Shown here piece by piece: positions 20,555 through 29,336 of a DNA stretch of 64,000 nucleotides. The translations under genes were made by a program, and so were the position numbers. How positions within the stretch are numbered: position 1 is the stretch's first letter; each line of letters begins with the position of its first letter. Source of the DNA: an uncultured Methanosarcinales archaeon (GTDB lineage: Archaea > Nanobdellota > Nanobdellia > Woesearchaeales > JABIAG01); NCBI GenBank assembly GCA_964544335.1, contig CAZJAJ010000002.1, positions 78,109 through 142,108 on the forward strand. Direction: 5' to 3'. The notes beneath the pieces were generated by a model, which did not search any database, was not told the DNA's origin, and was given only the letters and a program-made list of their open reading frames with translations.

Positions 20555-22219
20555 CTACATCTCTTCAGGATGTTCCATGAGCAGCAGTTCCATCGTAATA
20601 CCAAGAATCTGCTTGGTTGCAGTAACCAGTAATACTCGAGATTCAGTTAAATCCTTATCATCACCAATAACTGGGCATGACCTATAGAATACATTAAACG
20701 CACGCGCAACATCAATAGCAAACCGTGCAACAACAGACGGTCTATTACGTTCAATGGCTTCTGCAATAACATCATCAAATGAACCAAGCAACTTCAGTAA
20801 ACCATACTCTGCATCCTCAGTAAGCAGTTCATGTAAAATCTTCTTCTTTGTTTTCTGGGCATCATACTTTCGCAAAATACTACAGCATCGAGCATACGCA
20901 TACTGCACATACGGTCCCGTATCACCTTCAAAATCAAGTACCTGATCCCATGTAAATGTAATGTCATTTGTTCGATCACTAAAGAGATCATTAAACACTA
21001 CAGCACCAATACCTACTTGCCGAGCAACCTCTTTCTTTTTCTTTAGCTTAGGATTCTTATCACTAATGATTTTGTGTACTTTTTCTATTGCCTTATCAAG
21101 AACATCTTCAAAGATAATGATATTCCCTTTTCGAGTAGACATGGACTTATCGGGAAATCGCATCCGTCCAAAAATAATGTGCTCTCCAACCCCATCATAT
21201 TTCTTATCAATTTTCTTAAGTGTTGCAAATACTTGTTCAAAATGTAATTTCTGAGCAACATCAACCACATACAAAATTTTCTTTGGCTTATATAATTTCA
21301 TCCGAGAAATAAAAGCAGCAACATCTCGTGCAGCATACGTACTTGCACCATCGCTTTTTAGAATAATGCATGGTGGCTCTTCCTCACCAAGTGGTGCAAC
21401 AAGAGCGCCATCATCACGTTTAACAATGCGTTTTTTCTTAAGCAGAGCAACTGTCTTCTCTACATCTTTTACTGCAACAGCCTCTCCATCAAAAGAATCA
21501 AACCGAACACCCATCATAGTATAGATACGTTCATAATCAGAAAGTGAAACTTCTCTAAATAATTTCCACAAGGCAACTGATTGCTTATTGCCATCTTCCA
21601 GATCCTTAAACGCATCTCGTGCAAGCTCATGTAGAACAGGATCCTTTTCAGCTTCCTCATGAAATTTCACATAAATTCTATTAAGCTCTTTAACACCTTC
21701 TTTTTTGATTTTTGCAGGACTACTCCACTTCTCAGCAGCAAGAATCAGCTGACCAAAATTTGTTCCCCAATCACCAAGGTAATTAACGCCGGTCGTAGTA
21801 TATCCCGCATAGGTGTAAATCCTATACAAGCTTCCACCAATAACAGTGCTTCGCATATTATGAATGCCCATATGCTTTGCCACATTTGGCTGTGAATAAT
21901 CAATGACGATCTTTCCTTTTCGTTTGAGCCGTCCAAAGTGTTCATCATTGCTAATGGCAGTAAGCACTTGATGAGCAATGACTGCTCTATCCAAAAAGAA
22001 GTTCACATATGGCCCTTTTGCATCAACACTCACCCCTTTAATATCAAGTTCACTAATAAGATCTACAGCAACCTCATGTGGTTTCTTCTGCCGTTTTGCA
22101 GCAAGCTTAAAACACGCAAAGGCATAATCTCCCCACTCTGGGTTTGGAGGTACCTCAAGAACAACTTCGTCTTTGGTAATCTCTCTAAGAGCCTTTACAA
22201 TAGATTTTGAAAAATCCAT
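20555..22219 (-). CDS. argS: arginyl-tRNA synthetase
   Basis: 554 aa. Class-I HIGH-like HMGIHNMRSTVIGGSL, an Add-1-like N-terminus and a DALR-type anticodon-binding C-terminus. Confidence 0.85.
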   Translation of the reverse strand: MDFSKSIVKALREITKDEVVLEVPPNPEWGDYAFACFKLAAKRQKKPHEVAVDLISELDIKGVSVDAKGPYVNFFLDRAVIAHQVLTAISNDEHFGRLKRKGKIVIDYSQPNVAKHMGIHNMRSTVIGGSLYRIYTYAGYTTTGVNYLGDWGTNFGQLILAAEKWSSPAKIKKEGVKELNRIYVKFHEEAEKDPVLHELARDAFKDLEDGNKQSVALWKLFREVSLSDYERIYTMMGVRFDSFDGEAVAVKDVEKTVALLKKKRIVKRDDGALVAPLGEEEPPCIILKSDGASTYAARDVAAFISRMKLYKPKKILYVVDVAQKLHFEQVFATLKKIDKKYDGVGEHIIFGRMRFPDKSMSTRKGNIIIFEDVLDKAIEKVHKIISDKNPKLKKKKEVARQVGIGAVVFNDLFSDRTNDITFTWDQVLDFEGDTGPYVQYAYARCCSILRKYDAQKTKKKILHELLTEDAEYGLLKLLGSFDDVIAEAIERNRPSVVARFAIDVARAFNVFYRSCPVIGDDKDLTESRVLLVTATKQILGITMELLLMEHPEEM

Positions 22220-22290
22220 GAGATCTCACAAGAAAGTGCGTATATAAAGATTGTTACTAAAGCAAAGGGAAAAGAAAGGGAATAAAAAAA

Positions 22291-22482
22291 TTAGTTTTTA
22301 TCGTCATCATCATCAGACGAGTCATCATCATCGTTTTCATCAAATTCCTCAGCATCCTCATAACCATGCATAAATGCCTCTTCTTCTGCGGAGATCTCTC
22401 CCCCATCGATAAATGACTCTCTACCTTCTTCTGAGTAAACGTTTACTTCGCTTTGTTCTGGATTAAATTCTTCTTCTTCCAT
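22291..22482 (-). CDS. small highly acidic protein (uncertain)
   Basis: 63-aa ORF extremely rich in Asp/Glu. Could be real or a compositional artefact. Confidence 0.25.
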   Translation of the reverse strand: MEEEEFNPEQSEVNVYSEEGRESFIDGGEISAEEEAFMHGYEDAEEFDENDDDDSSDDDDDKN

Positions 22483-22582
22483 GATATTCTGCTGCTTTCG
22501 CCCTGTATAAAAGTGTTACTATATAGCAATCCATAACTTCCCAAAAACTTTAAAAACTTAATTTGGTATTAAAGAAATCATC

Positions 22583-22930
22583 ATGGAACTAAAAATGGTT
22601 GTGTTGGTACGAGAAGACCTTAATCTCTCTCCTGGAAAGCTTGCAGCTCAAGTAGCACATGCAGCAGTAGAATGTGCTCTGCACACGGACAGAATGCTCA
22701 TTGCAGATTGGATAAGTCTTGGTGCAAAAAAGGTAGTACTTAAGGTAAAAAATGAGGTAGAACTCAGTAAATACCAAAATGCTGCAAGAAATGCAGGTCT
22801 AAAAACACAAGTCATTGCAGACGCAGGAAGAAATGAAGTTGATGAAGGCACAGAAACCTGTGTTGGAATAGGTCCTGCAGTTTCAGAAAAAATAGATGAC
22901 GTAACAGGCACTCTTGACAAATACGAATAA
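22583..22930 (+). CDS. pth2: peptidyl-tRNA hydrolase, archaeal/eukaryotic type (Pth2)
   Basis: 115 aa. MVVLVREDLNLSPGKLAAQVAHAA...IADAGRNEV matches the PTH2 family. Confidence 0.85.
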   Translation: MELKMVVLVREDLNLSPGKLAAQVAHAAVECALHTDRMLIADWISLGAKKVVLKVKNEVELSKYQNAARNAGLKTQVIADAGRNEVDEGTETCVGIGPAVSEKIDDVTGTLDKYE

Positions 22931-22934
22931 GTAC

Positions 22935-23384
22935 TTATTTCTTTTTCTTAATCAATTTCTCAAACTCTTCTCTAAACTCTTCCACATCTTCAAATCCTTG
23001 ATATACAGATGCATACCTTAGGTAACTGATCTTATCAATTTTCTTAAGATGTTTCATCACAAGACTGCCAATTTTTGTAGAAGGAATCTCAACACTTTTA
23101 CTTCGCTTAAGTTCTCGATCAACCTTGCTCACAATATTATCCATTTGCTCAAGACTAATACGTTTCTCACATGCACGAATAAGACCTTGCTTTAACTTAT
23201 CCTTATCAAATCGCTGCTTTGCACCATTACGTTTAATCACCGTAATATCTACTTGTTCAATACGTTCGTAGGTAGTAAATCGCCTCTCACACTTAAGACA
23301 CTCTCGTCGTCGTCGAATAGCGTCATCACTATCTCGCTTATCTACAACCTTAATTTGTGCATGTGTACAATACGGACATTTCAT
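22935..23384 (-). CDS. nrdR: transcriptional repressor NrdR (zinc ribbon + ATP-cone)
   Basis: MKCPYCTHAQIKVVDKRDSDDAIRRRRECLKCERRFTTYE matches the NrdR zinc ribbon. The rest aligns to the ATP-cone. The tracked ORF extends 11 codons upstream, and the start is set at MKCPYC. Confidence 0.75.
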   Translation of the reverse strand: MKCPYCTHAQIKVVDKRDSDDAIRRRRECLKCERRFTTYERIEQVDITVIKRNGAKQRFDKDKLKQGLIRACEKRISLEQMDNIVSKVDRELKRSKSVEIPSTKIGSLVMKHLKKIDKISYLRYASVYQGFEDVEEFREEFEKLIKKKK

Positions 23385-23517
23385 ACTATATGTTGTGCAA
23401 TGAGCTCCCCCTACCACAACATGTTGTATGTGTATCTATATAAACTTTTAGCTTAAACGATGTGTTATTCTCTACAGATTTAAAAACATTTAAATATCTT
23501 TTATACCAAAAAAATGT

Positions 23518-25370
23518 ATGAGCTTTTTCTCTCTACCAAAAATATTACTAATGGTCATATTGCTTAGTAGTTTGGTAGTTGCAGGAGTAACCTTTACTGG
23601 TGGGCCTGGACTTAATGCAACATACGTATCACCAACACCAGCAAATGCAACAGAATCAACAACTCGCTATTTTGAAGTAAACGTCTCACTTGACAATAAT
23701 AACCTCAATCAAGTGTTCTATGATTGGAACGGTACAAACTACACTATATACAATTCATCACTCATACTGATGCTCAACTTTGATAACACATCGGTTGAAG
23801 ATGTGTCATTGCTTGCAAATAATGTTACAGAATCAACCACAGCACTAATAACACAAGGAAAATACAAACAAGCAAGAGGTTTTAACGGAGGAAATAGTTT
23901 CATTCGTGTTCATATGCACAAGCATTCAACTTTGAAACAGGTGCATTTACCATTGCAGCATGGATTCTCACAAACTCTACAGGCATCCAAACTATTTTCA
24001 GTACCGATCAAGCAGGAACATCACAAGATATTAAATTCTTTATTCCAAACACAGATATTCTCTCTTGTCATCTCAATGATGTAGGAATACGAACTGATAA
24101 CGCACTCAATACCTCTGAGTTTAACTATGTGGTTTGTACGCGTAATGCAGGAGGAACATTGAGTATGTATGTAAATGGACAACTCATTAATTCAACAACA
24201 AGAGCAGTTAACGTTTCAAATAGTACCGATATATTCATTGGGATGAATAACATTACATTTGCAAATCGATACTTTAGCGGAGTAATAGATGAACTTCGAG
24301 TATGGAATGCAAGTCTATCTCATGAAGAAATTCAACAACAATATCTCTCTAATCTCAATAAACTCAATAGCACACAGTGGTACTTCTACGCAAACCAAAC
24401 ACGTAATGCAACAGATACACTCACCAATGGAACATACACGTTTAATGTATACACACAAAACCAAAACACCAGTTATGCATCCACAGGTGATAGAATCTAT
24501 GTAGTAGATGGTGCAGATCCAAATGTAACACTCAATTTACCGCTTGGAAATTATTCAAATACTACAGCAAATCCTGCAACTGTTGTGTTTAATTGTTCTG
24601 CAACAGATAACAACACGCTTACAAATATTACACTATACATAACTGCAAGTGACAATACATCATTTGCAGCAGACCAAACAGCAACAGTAAACGGATCAAA
24701 TGCATCAGCACAATGGAATAAGTCAGTAAGTAATGGAGACTACACCTGGAATTGCCTTGCAACTGACACTGCAGGAAACTCTGCATTCGCATCAGCAAAT
24801 AGATCCTTCTCAGTAGATTACACCGCACCTGCAGAAGAAACTACGACCACCACTACAACCACTACAAGTGGTAGAAATTCAGATTCATCACGGCGTGTGA
24901 GAACAGATACCATTACCAATTACCTAACAGATGGAGTATCTCAATTCACCTTAATTGAAGACAACAGTGTAATCTTTACCACTGATGGAACTGAGCACAA
25001 AATTACTGCAACAGAAACAAACACAGATGAAGCAACGGTGGTAGTGAATGGAAAATCATACACCATGGAAGAAGAAACTACCATTGACTTTGGAGCATTC
25101 ACACTCAGTGCAGTAGATCTAAGAACAGCATCTGTTGTCCTTATTGTTCAACTACCACAAGAAGATGATGTGGAAGAGATTATGGAAGAAACCGATGACA
25201 TGGAAGATGATGAATCTGACATGGATGGTGACATCGACACAGAAACAATAGAAGATGAACAACAAGATGAAGAAGGTTCATCCCTTGCATCAAAAGCACT
25301 TGCAACACTCGTACTCCTTGGTGGCATCTGGTATCTCTACAGTGAAGCAATCATACGATTTCTCATTTAA
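23518..25370 (+). pseudogene. large secreted, surface-anchored concanavalin-A-like (LamG) lectin/glucanase-domain protein, apparently frameshifted
   Basis: Signal peptide at 23518. The LamG consensus (GAFTIAAWIL...NAGGTLSMYVNGQLI...GVIDELRVWN) continues in the frame of the 24129 ORF without a Met, so the reading frame shifts near 23900-23925. Also has many N-glycosylation sequons, a poly-Thr linker, an acidic tract and a C-terminal TM anchor. Confidence 0.5.
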
Positions 25371-25382
25371 TTCTTGAAAAAA

Positions 25383-25457
25383 ATGGGCTCTACGGGATTC
25401 GAACCCGCGGCCTAAAGGTTAAGAGCCTTTCGCTCTGACCAGACTGAGCTAAGAGCC
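25383..25457 (-). tRNA. tRNA-Lys (anticodon CTT)
   Basis: The reverse complement folds as GGGCTCT / GCTC-AGTCTGGTC-AGAGC / AAAGG-CTCTTAA-CCTTT / AGGCC / GCGGG-TTCGAAT-CCCGT / AGAGCCC-A. Canonical 75-nt cloverleaf. Confidence 0.85.
25445..25457. repeat. direct repeat copy 1 (tRNA-Lys 5' end), duplicated at 25525-25537
   Basis: gagctaagagccc at 25445-25457 versus gtgctaagagccc at 25525-25537. The two copies flank a ~65-nt two-hairpin element. Confidence 0.6.
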
Positions 25458-25524
25458 CATCACTCATGGGCTTGAGCAAAGCGAAACCCATTTCGATATG
25501 AAGTGACGAAACAGTTCGACTGTG
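25458..25524. mobile_element. ~65-nt two-hairpin insertion-like element (copy at tRNA-Lys), homologous to the element after srp54
   Basis: Hairpin ATGGGC...AGCAAAGCG...CCCAT, then TTTCG, then hairpin ACAGTTCGACTGT. It shares AGCAAAGCG, TTTCG and ACAGT(T)CGA(A)ACTGT with 44317-44385. It is flanked by direct repeats of the tRNA 5' end. Confidence 0.4.
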
Positions 25525-25600
25525 CTAAGAGCCCGCTCAATGTAAACAGGGTGGGAAGATGTGTTTTAAAAATGTATTTTTTTAGAATATTCATCTAACT

Positions 25601-26347
25601 TTACTCTTCCAAAATAGCAGGAACTTCAATATAACAATCACCATGTCTATCTACAATGCCTGAAGCATACTCATCTGATCGTTTTCTAATAACTCGTCTA
25701 TCCTCGCCGAGCATACGTGGAACAACAAACCCAAACATTACATAATTAAGAAGCGTAGTGCTCATATCAAGGCCCTCTCTTGCATGCATAAGTGTATCAC
25801 GAGCCGATGAATATCTCACCCCACACCGATATAATAAATCTCTACTAAACCCCTTCACTCCTTGTTCTCTATAAGAATACAACTCATTAATATGAGACAA
25901 CCTATGAAACAAATTACCGCTCCCTGAAGGTTCTGTACTCATCATAATCAAAAAAGGATCAGCTAAACAATATGGTTCACTTTGCATAACACTCTCAAAC
26001 CGCTCTCGTTCATCTGGAAAATGCATTACAGCAAGAGTATTCATAAAATCAAATAACACCACACTCGTATAGAAATCCTTTCGAAGGTGTTCTTTATCTT
26101 TATTTTGACAAGAAAGTTCATACGTAAACGAACGTATCTTCTCACTAATTTTCTGTTCTGCAAGAGCAGGTAAAGAAAAATCAATTTCCTCATGCAGTGC
26201 ATGCACATATCGTGCAAGTGACCAGTACGGGATGCAGGTACACTCTTGCCTAAGTCCCAAATGAAGATCCAGTGATAGGTTTTGCCTTCCCATGCAGACT
26301 GTAAGCACATCTAGAATTAAAATGTTATGAATAAAACAGACAGACAC
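25601..26347 (-). CDS. hypothetical protein
   Basis: 248-aa ORF with no recognisable motif. The start is possibly further downstream (MGRQNLS). Confidence 0.35.
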   Translation of the reverse strand: MSVCFIHNILILDVLTVCMGRQNLSLDLHLGLRQECTCIPYWSLARYVHALHEEIDFSLPALAEQKISEKIRSFTYELSCQNKDKEHLRKDFYTSVVLFDFMNTLAVMHFPDERERFESVMQSEPYCLADPFLIMMSTEPSGSGNLFHRLSHINELYSYREQGVKGFSRDLLYRCGVRYSSARDTLMHAREGLDMSTTLLNYVMFGFVVPRMLGEDRRVIRKRSDEYASGIVDRHGDCYIEVPAILEE

Positions 26348-26380
26348 ATCTTTATAAACACTCTTCGATTCCTAGCCTAA

Positions 26381-26815
26381 ATGAGCATATTTACACCAAT
26401 CCCACTCCCAACACAGTGGACAACAAGAGGCGTTGCACGAGCACTGACTGACTTTTCCAATAACTACTCTTCGCTCTCTGCAAAAATGGGTAACTATCAA
26501 CTAACCTATGTACCAAACGTTGACATGGAAGCAGAGTATGATATTGGAATCATTGGCAGTTGGTTTACACAGGAAAGAGGATTCACAAAAGAAGTACTTG
26601 CAGATCTGCTCTACATCCGTAATCAAACAGATCACATTTCTATTAGAAAAATGCAGGGAACAAACGTATGTACAGTAACACTTGGTATTGATGAAGCAAG
26701 AGTAGAATTAGACTCGCTACACCAATCTCCTGCAACACAGCCAGTAATTCAATCTGCAAGAAAAGCATTTGGAAAAATAGTTCCAGCATTAGAGCAACTT
26801 GCAAAAGCAAACTAA
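26381..26815 (+). CDS. hypothetical protein
   Basis: 144-aa ORF, no motif. Confidence 0.35.
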   Translation: MSIFTPIPLPTQWTTRGVARALTDFSNNYSSLSAKMGNYQLTYVPNVDMEAEYDIGIIGSWFTQERGFTKEVLADLLYIRNQTDHISIRKMQGTNVCTVTLGIDEARVELDSLHQSPATQPVIQSARKAFGKIVPALEQLAKAN

Positions 26816-26818
26816 TTC

Positions 26819-27280
26819 TTAACGTCTAATTTTTCCAGAATGAATCAAAACTGATTTCACAACCTGAATGCCTTCATCAAGTGAAGTAACTCTATAGGCT
26901 GCAATTTCTCTAATCATGGCATGATCGTGGAAGTTACCTGATTCTTCCATGCACATGACAACTGGTTTTCTATAGGTGTCAGCCCAACCAAATTCAACAC
27001 AAGTACCAACAGATACTCTCTTAGCACCTAGAAAATTAACAAGCATAACATCACAGCCCTCTACATCAAAACGATCCCGCGTTGTAATGGCTTTATCAGT
27101 TGCCATAACATGATTCTGATCCCCTTCAATGACTTTACCTTCAAGAAATTCTTTTGCACGCATAGGAGAAACACCAATAATTCCATCTTTTCCAAGTTCC
27201 TGAGTTGCATACTCCCTCCAAGAAGTACAACCATCATAATGAAGTCCTTCAATGGGTCCTGCAAGATACACTGATGCCAT
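26819..27280 (-). CDS. nucleoside 2-deoxyribosyltransferase-like (Rossmann-like) protein
   Basis: The N-terminal MASVYLAGPI and overall size/pattern are typical of the nucleoside 2-deoxyribosyltransferase family. Confidence 0.4.
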   Translation of the reverse strand: MASVYLAGPIEGLHYDGCTSWREYATQELGKDGIIGVSPMRAKEFLEGKVIEGDQNHVMATDKAITTRDRFDVEGCDVMLVNFLGAKRVSVGTCVEFGWADTYRKPVVMCMEESGNFHDHAMIREIAAYRVTSLDEGIQVVKSVLIHSGKIRR

Positions 27281-27400
27281 GAAATTACGATCAAAAAATC
27301 TATTTTAAAGATTTATCTACTGTAACACCTTATCAGTCCATGCGTAGAAACATTTAAATACTCTTTTCCCGAAAAATAGAACATAAAAAGAGGTGACACT

Positions 27401-27928
27401 ATGTCTGATGATTACGAACTTATTCCACTTGACGAAGTGGAGAAATTAAAAGCTGAAATCGCAGCACTCAAACAAGGAAAAAAATCTTCTCCAGCATCCC
27501 TTGCAGGAACTCTTGACAGACTTGCAAATGCACTTGAAAAACTATTCAAAATCTTTGAAGTGGCAGCAACTGACATGGAGCAAGATAAGCTGCACGAAAA
27601 AACCTTTGAAGAAAAAATTCAACCACTCATGGACAAAATACGATCCATGGAACAACAAAATAAAGATCTTGCAGAAGGCATTCTTGCAATGGCAGACATT
27701 GTAAAAGGCATAGATAGAAAACTCGCAGTACGAGATACGCGAAGAATGTCCTCTCAAACAATGCCACCTAAATCTCCGCTTGATGTAGGAAGACCAATGT
27801 CACCTCCACCAATGCAGCAACCTTCAAGTCCTAGCATGCCACCGCCTAGTCTACCACCGGCAAGCGCAATGCCACCACCGCCTCCAATGCCGGAGGAAAA
27901 AGAAGGACTATTTAGCAGATTCAAATGA
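27401..27928 (+). CDS. coiled-coil protein with proline-rich C-terminal tail
   Basis: N-terminal heptad-rich region, then PPPMQQPSSPSMPPPSLPPASAMPPPPPMPEE. Its stop overlaps the start of the next ORF. Confidence 0.45.
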   Translation: MSDDYELIPLDEVEKLKAEIAALKQGKKSSPASLAGTLDRLANALEKLFKIFEVAATDMEQDKLHEKTFEEKIQPLMDKIRSMEQQNKDLAEGILAMADIVKGIDRKLAVRDTRRMSSQTMPPKSPLDVGRPMSPPPMQQPSSPSMPPPSLPPASAMPPPPPMPEEKEGLFSRFK

Positions 27929-28365
27929 CTTCCCCAGGAGTAAGAAAAGCAAGAGTAGTTCTTCGAAGCCTAGGAAGAATTAACAAACGCTACAAAGAAC
28001 AGCAAAAAGCACGGGCATCACTACAGAAACTTCTCGATGCCGTAAATGAACGACCAACTGCTGCAAATTTAGTAAGACTCAACAAAGCAGTAGAAGATGC
28101 AATCAAAAAAGAAAAGGCCATAGCAGGATCAACACTTAGTGAATCAACAAAAGTGATACAACTGCGAAAAGCACTTGCAACACTCTCAGAAAACTATACG
28201 CGCCTACAAGAACAACTAGAAAACAATACTCCTAAAACAACGCTCACTAAAGCACAGCGTAAAAAAGAACTCAAAAAACGTCTTCTACTCCTTGAGAAAT
28301 CACTTGGAAATTCTAACAATAAAAAAATAAGAGAAAAAATTGCTTCCCTAAAGAAGCAAATTTAA
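27925..28365 (+). CDS. basic coiled-coil protein
   Basis: 146 aa, Lys/Arg-rich with heptad periodicity. Translationally coupled to the preceding ORF (ATGA overlap). Confidence 0.4.
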   Translation: MTSPGVRKARVVLRSLGRINKRYKEQQKARASLQKLLDAVNERPTAANLVRLNKAVEDAIKKEKAIAGSTLSESTKVIQLRKALATLSENYTRLQEQLENNTPKTTLTKAQRKKELKKRLLLLEKSLGNSNNKKIREKIASLKKQI

Positions 28366-28368
28366 TCC

Positions 28369-28530
28369 TTACAAATCTTTAGCCATAACAGTTGCTCTTT
28401 TGTTTGCTTTAGCTCTTGCTTCAGCATCAGCAACAAGTTGTTCAACTTTAGCATTAAGTGCTTCTGCAAAATCAGATGCTACATTGCAATCTTTTACAGC
28501 TTCTTTAATTTTAGCTTTTACTACTAACAT
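28369..28530 (-). CDS. small histone-fold-like protein (DUF1931/Aq_328-like), 53 aa. Absent from the ORF track.
   Basis: The reverse-strand ORF encodes MLVVKAKIKEAVKDCNVASDFAEALNAKVEQLVADAEARAKANKRATVMAKDL*, a single-histone-fold-like pattern (SxDFxxALNxKVxxLxxxAxxRAKANxRxTVxxxDL). Confidence 0.5.
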   Translation of the reverse strand: MLVVKAKIKEAVKDCNVASDFAEALNAKVEQLVADAEARAKANKRATVMAKDL

Positions 28531-28658
28531 AGTTATCACCCCAATTACGCCTTAATTCGAGGGTTTATAAATTTTGCGCAACTATTCTGGCGTTTTAGCC
28601 CGTCTACACCACATTTTCGCCGAAACACTTAAAAAAGGCCACTCCTTTACGTCTATAA

Positions 28659-29006
28659 ATGGCAGCACCACCACCACCACAAGAACCCGTACGATTACGA
28701 CTTCCAAAGAAACGTACACAACCAGATGGAAGAGTAATTGAAGAGACTTTTGGTGTAATTGATCAACGTCTTGGTGCTTCTAGACTAAAAGTGCGATGTC
28801 TTGATGGCAAAACACGAATTTGCAGAATTCCTGGAAGACTAAAAAAAGGTCTATGGGTACGTGAAGGAAATATTGTTATTGTTGAGCCATGGGAATTTGG
28901 CGGAGACGAAAAAGGCGATATCATCTACAAATACAATCCAGGTCAAGCAAAAGCTCTTAAGAAAAAAGGCTATCTGAAAAAAATCGATGACCTTGATGAA
29001 TTCTAG
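28659..29006 (+). CDS. eif1a: translation initiation factor 1A (aIF-1A/eIF-1A)
   Basis: S1-like OB fold: RLGASRLKVRCLDGKTRICRIPGRLKKGLWVREGNIVIVEPWEF...DIIYKYNPGQAKALKKKGYL. Pro-rich N-terminus. Confidence 0.9.
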   Translation: MAAPPPPQEPVRLRLPKKRTQPDGRVIEETFGVIDQRLGASRLKVRCLDGKTRICRIPGRLKKGLWVREGNIVIVEPWEFGGDEKGDIIYKYNPGQAKALKKKGYLKKIDDLDEF

Positions 29007-29051
29007 AATCACTCAATAATATTTATATAGCATGCAGTCCATCCAAACACC

Positions 29052-29336
29052 ATGCAAGTTGACCAAGAACTCACTAAAAAACTCGCACATATCTCGCGTT
29101 TAGAGCTCACTGAAGCAGAAATAGAAGAATTCACAGAATCTCTCAAATCAGTACTTGACGCATTTTCTAAAATACAAGAAGTGGACACAGAAAACACCAA
29201 AATGTCCATGCAACCAGTAGATATGAGAAACATCACAAGAGAAGACACACCACAAGAACCACTTACACCAGAGCAAGCACTCTCACAAACACAGCACAAA
29301 CAAGGTGATTTCTTTAAAGGACCAAAAGTAATATGA
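29052..29336 (+). CDS. gatC: Asp/Glu-tRNA amidotransferase subunit C
   Basis: 94 aa. LAHISRLELTEAEIEEFTESL...VDTENTKMS matches GatC. Confidence 0.8.
   Translation: MQVDQELTKKLAHISRLELTEAEIEEFTESLKSVLDAFSKIQEVDTENTKMSMQPVDMRNITREDTPQEPLTPEQALSQTQHKQGDFFKGPKVI

Noticed and set aside
22291-22482. 63-aa poly-acidic ORF as a confident gene
   Set aside because: The extreme Asp/Glu composition could arise from a GA-rich stretch on the opposite strand. Kept only as a low-confidence feature.
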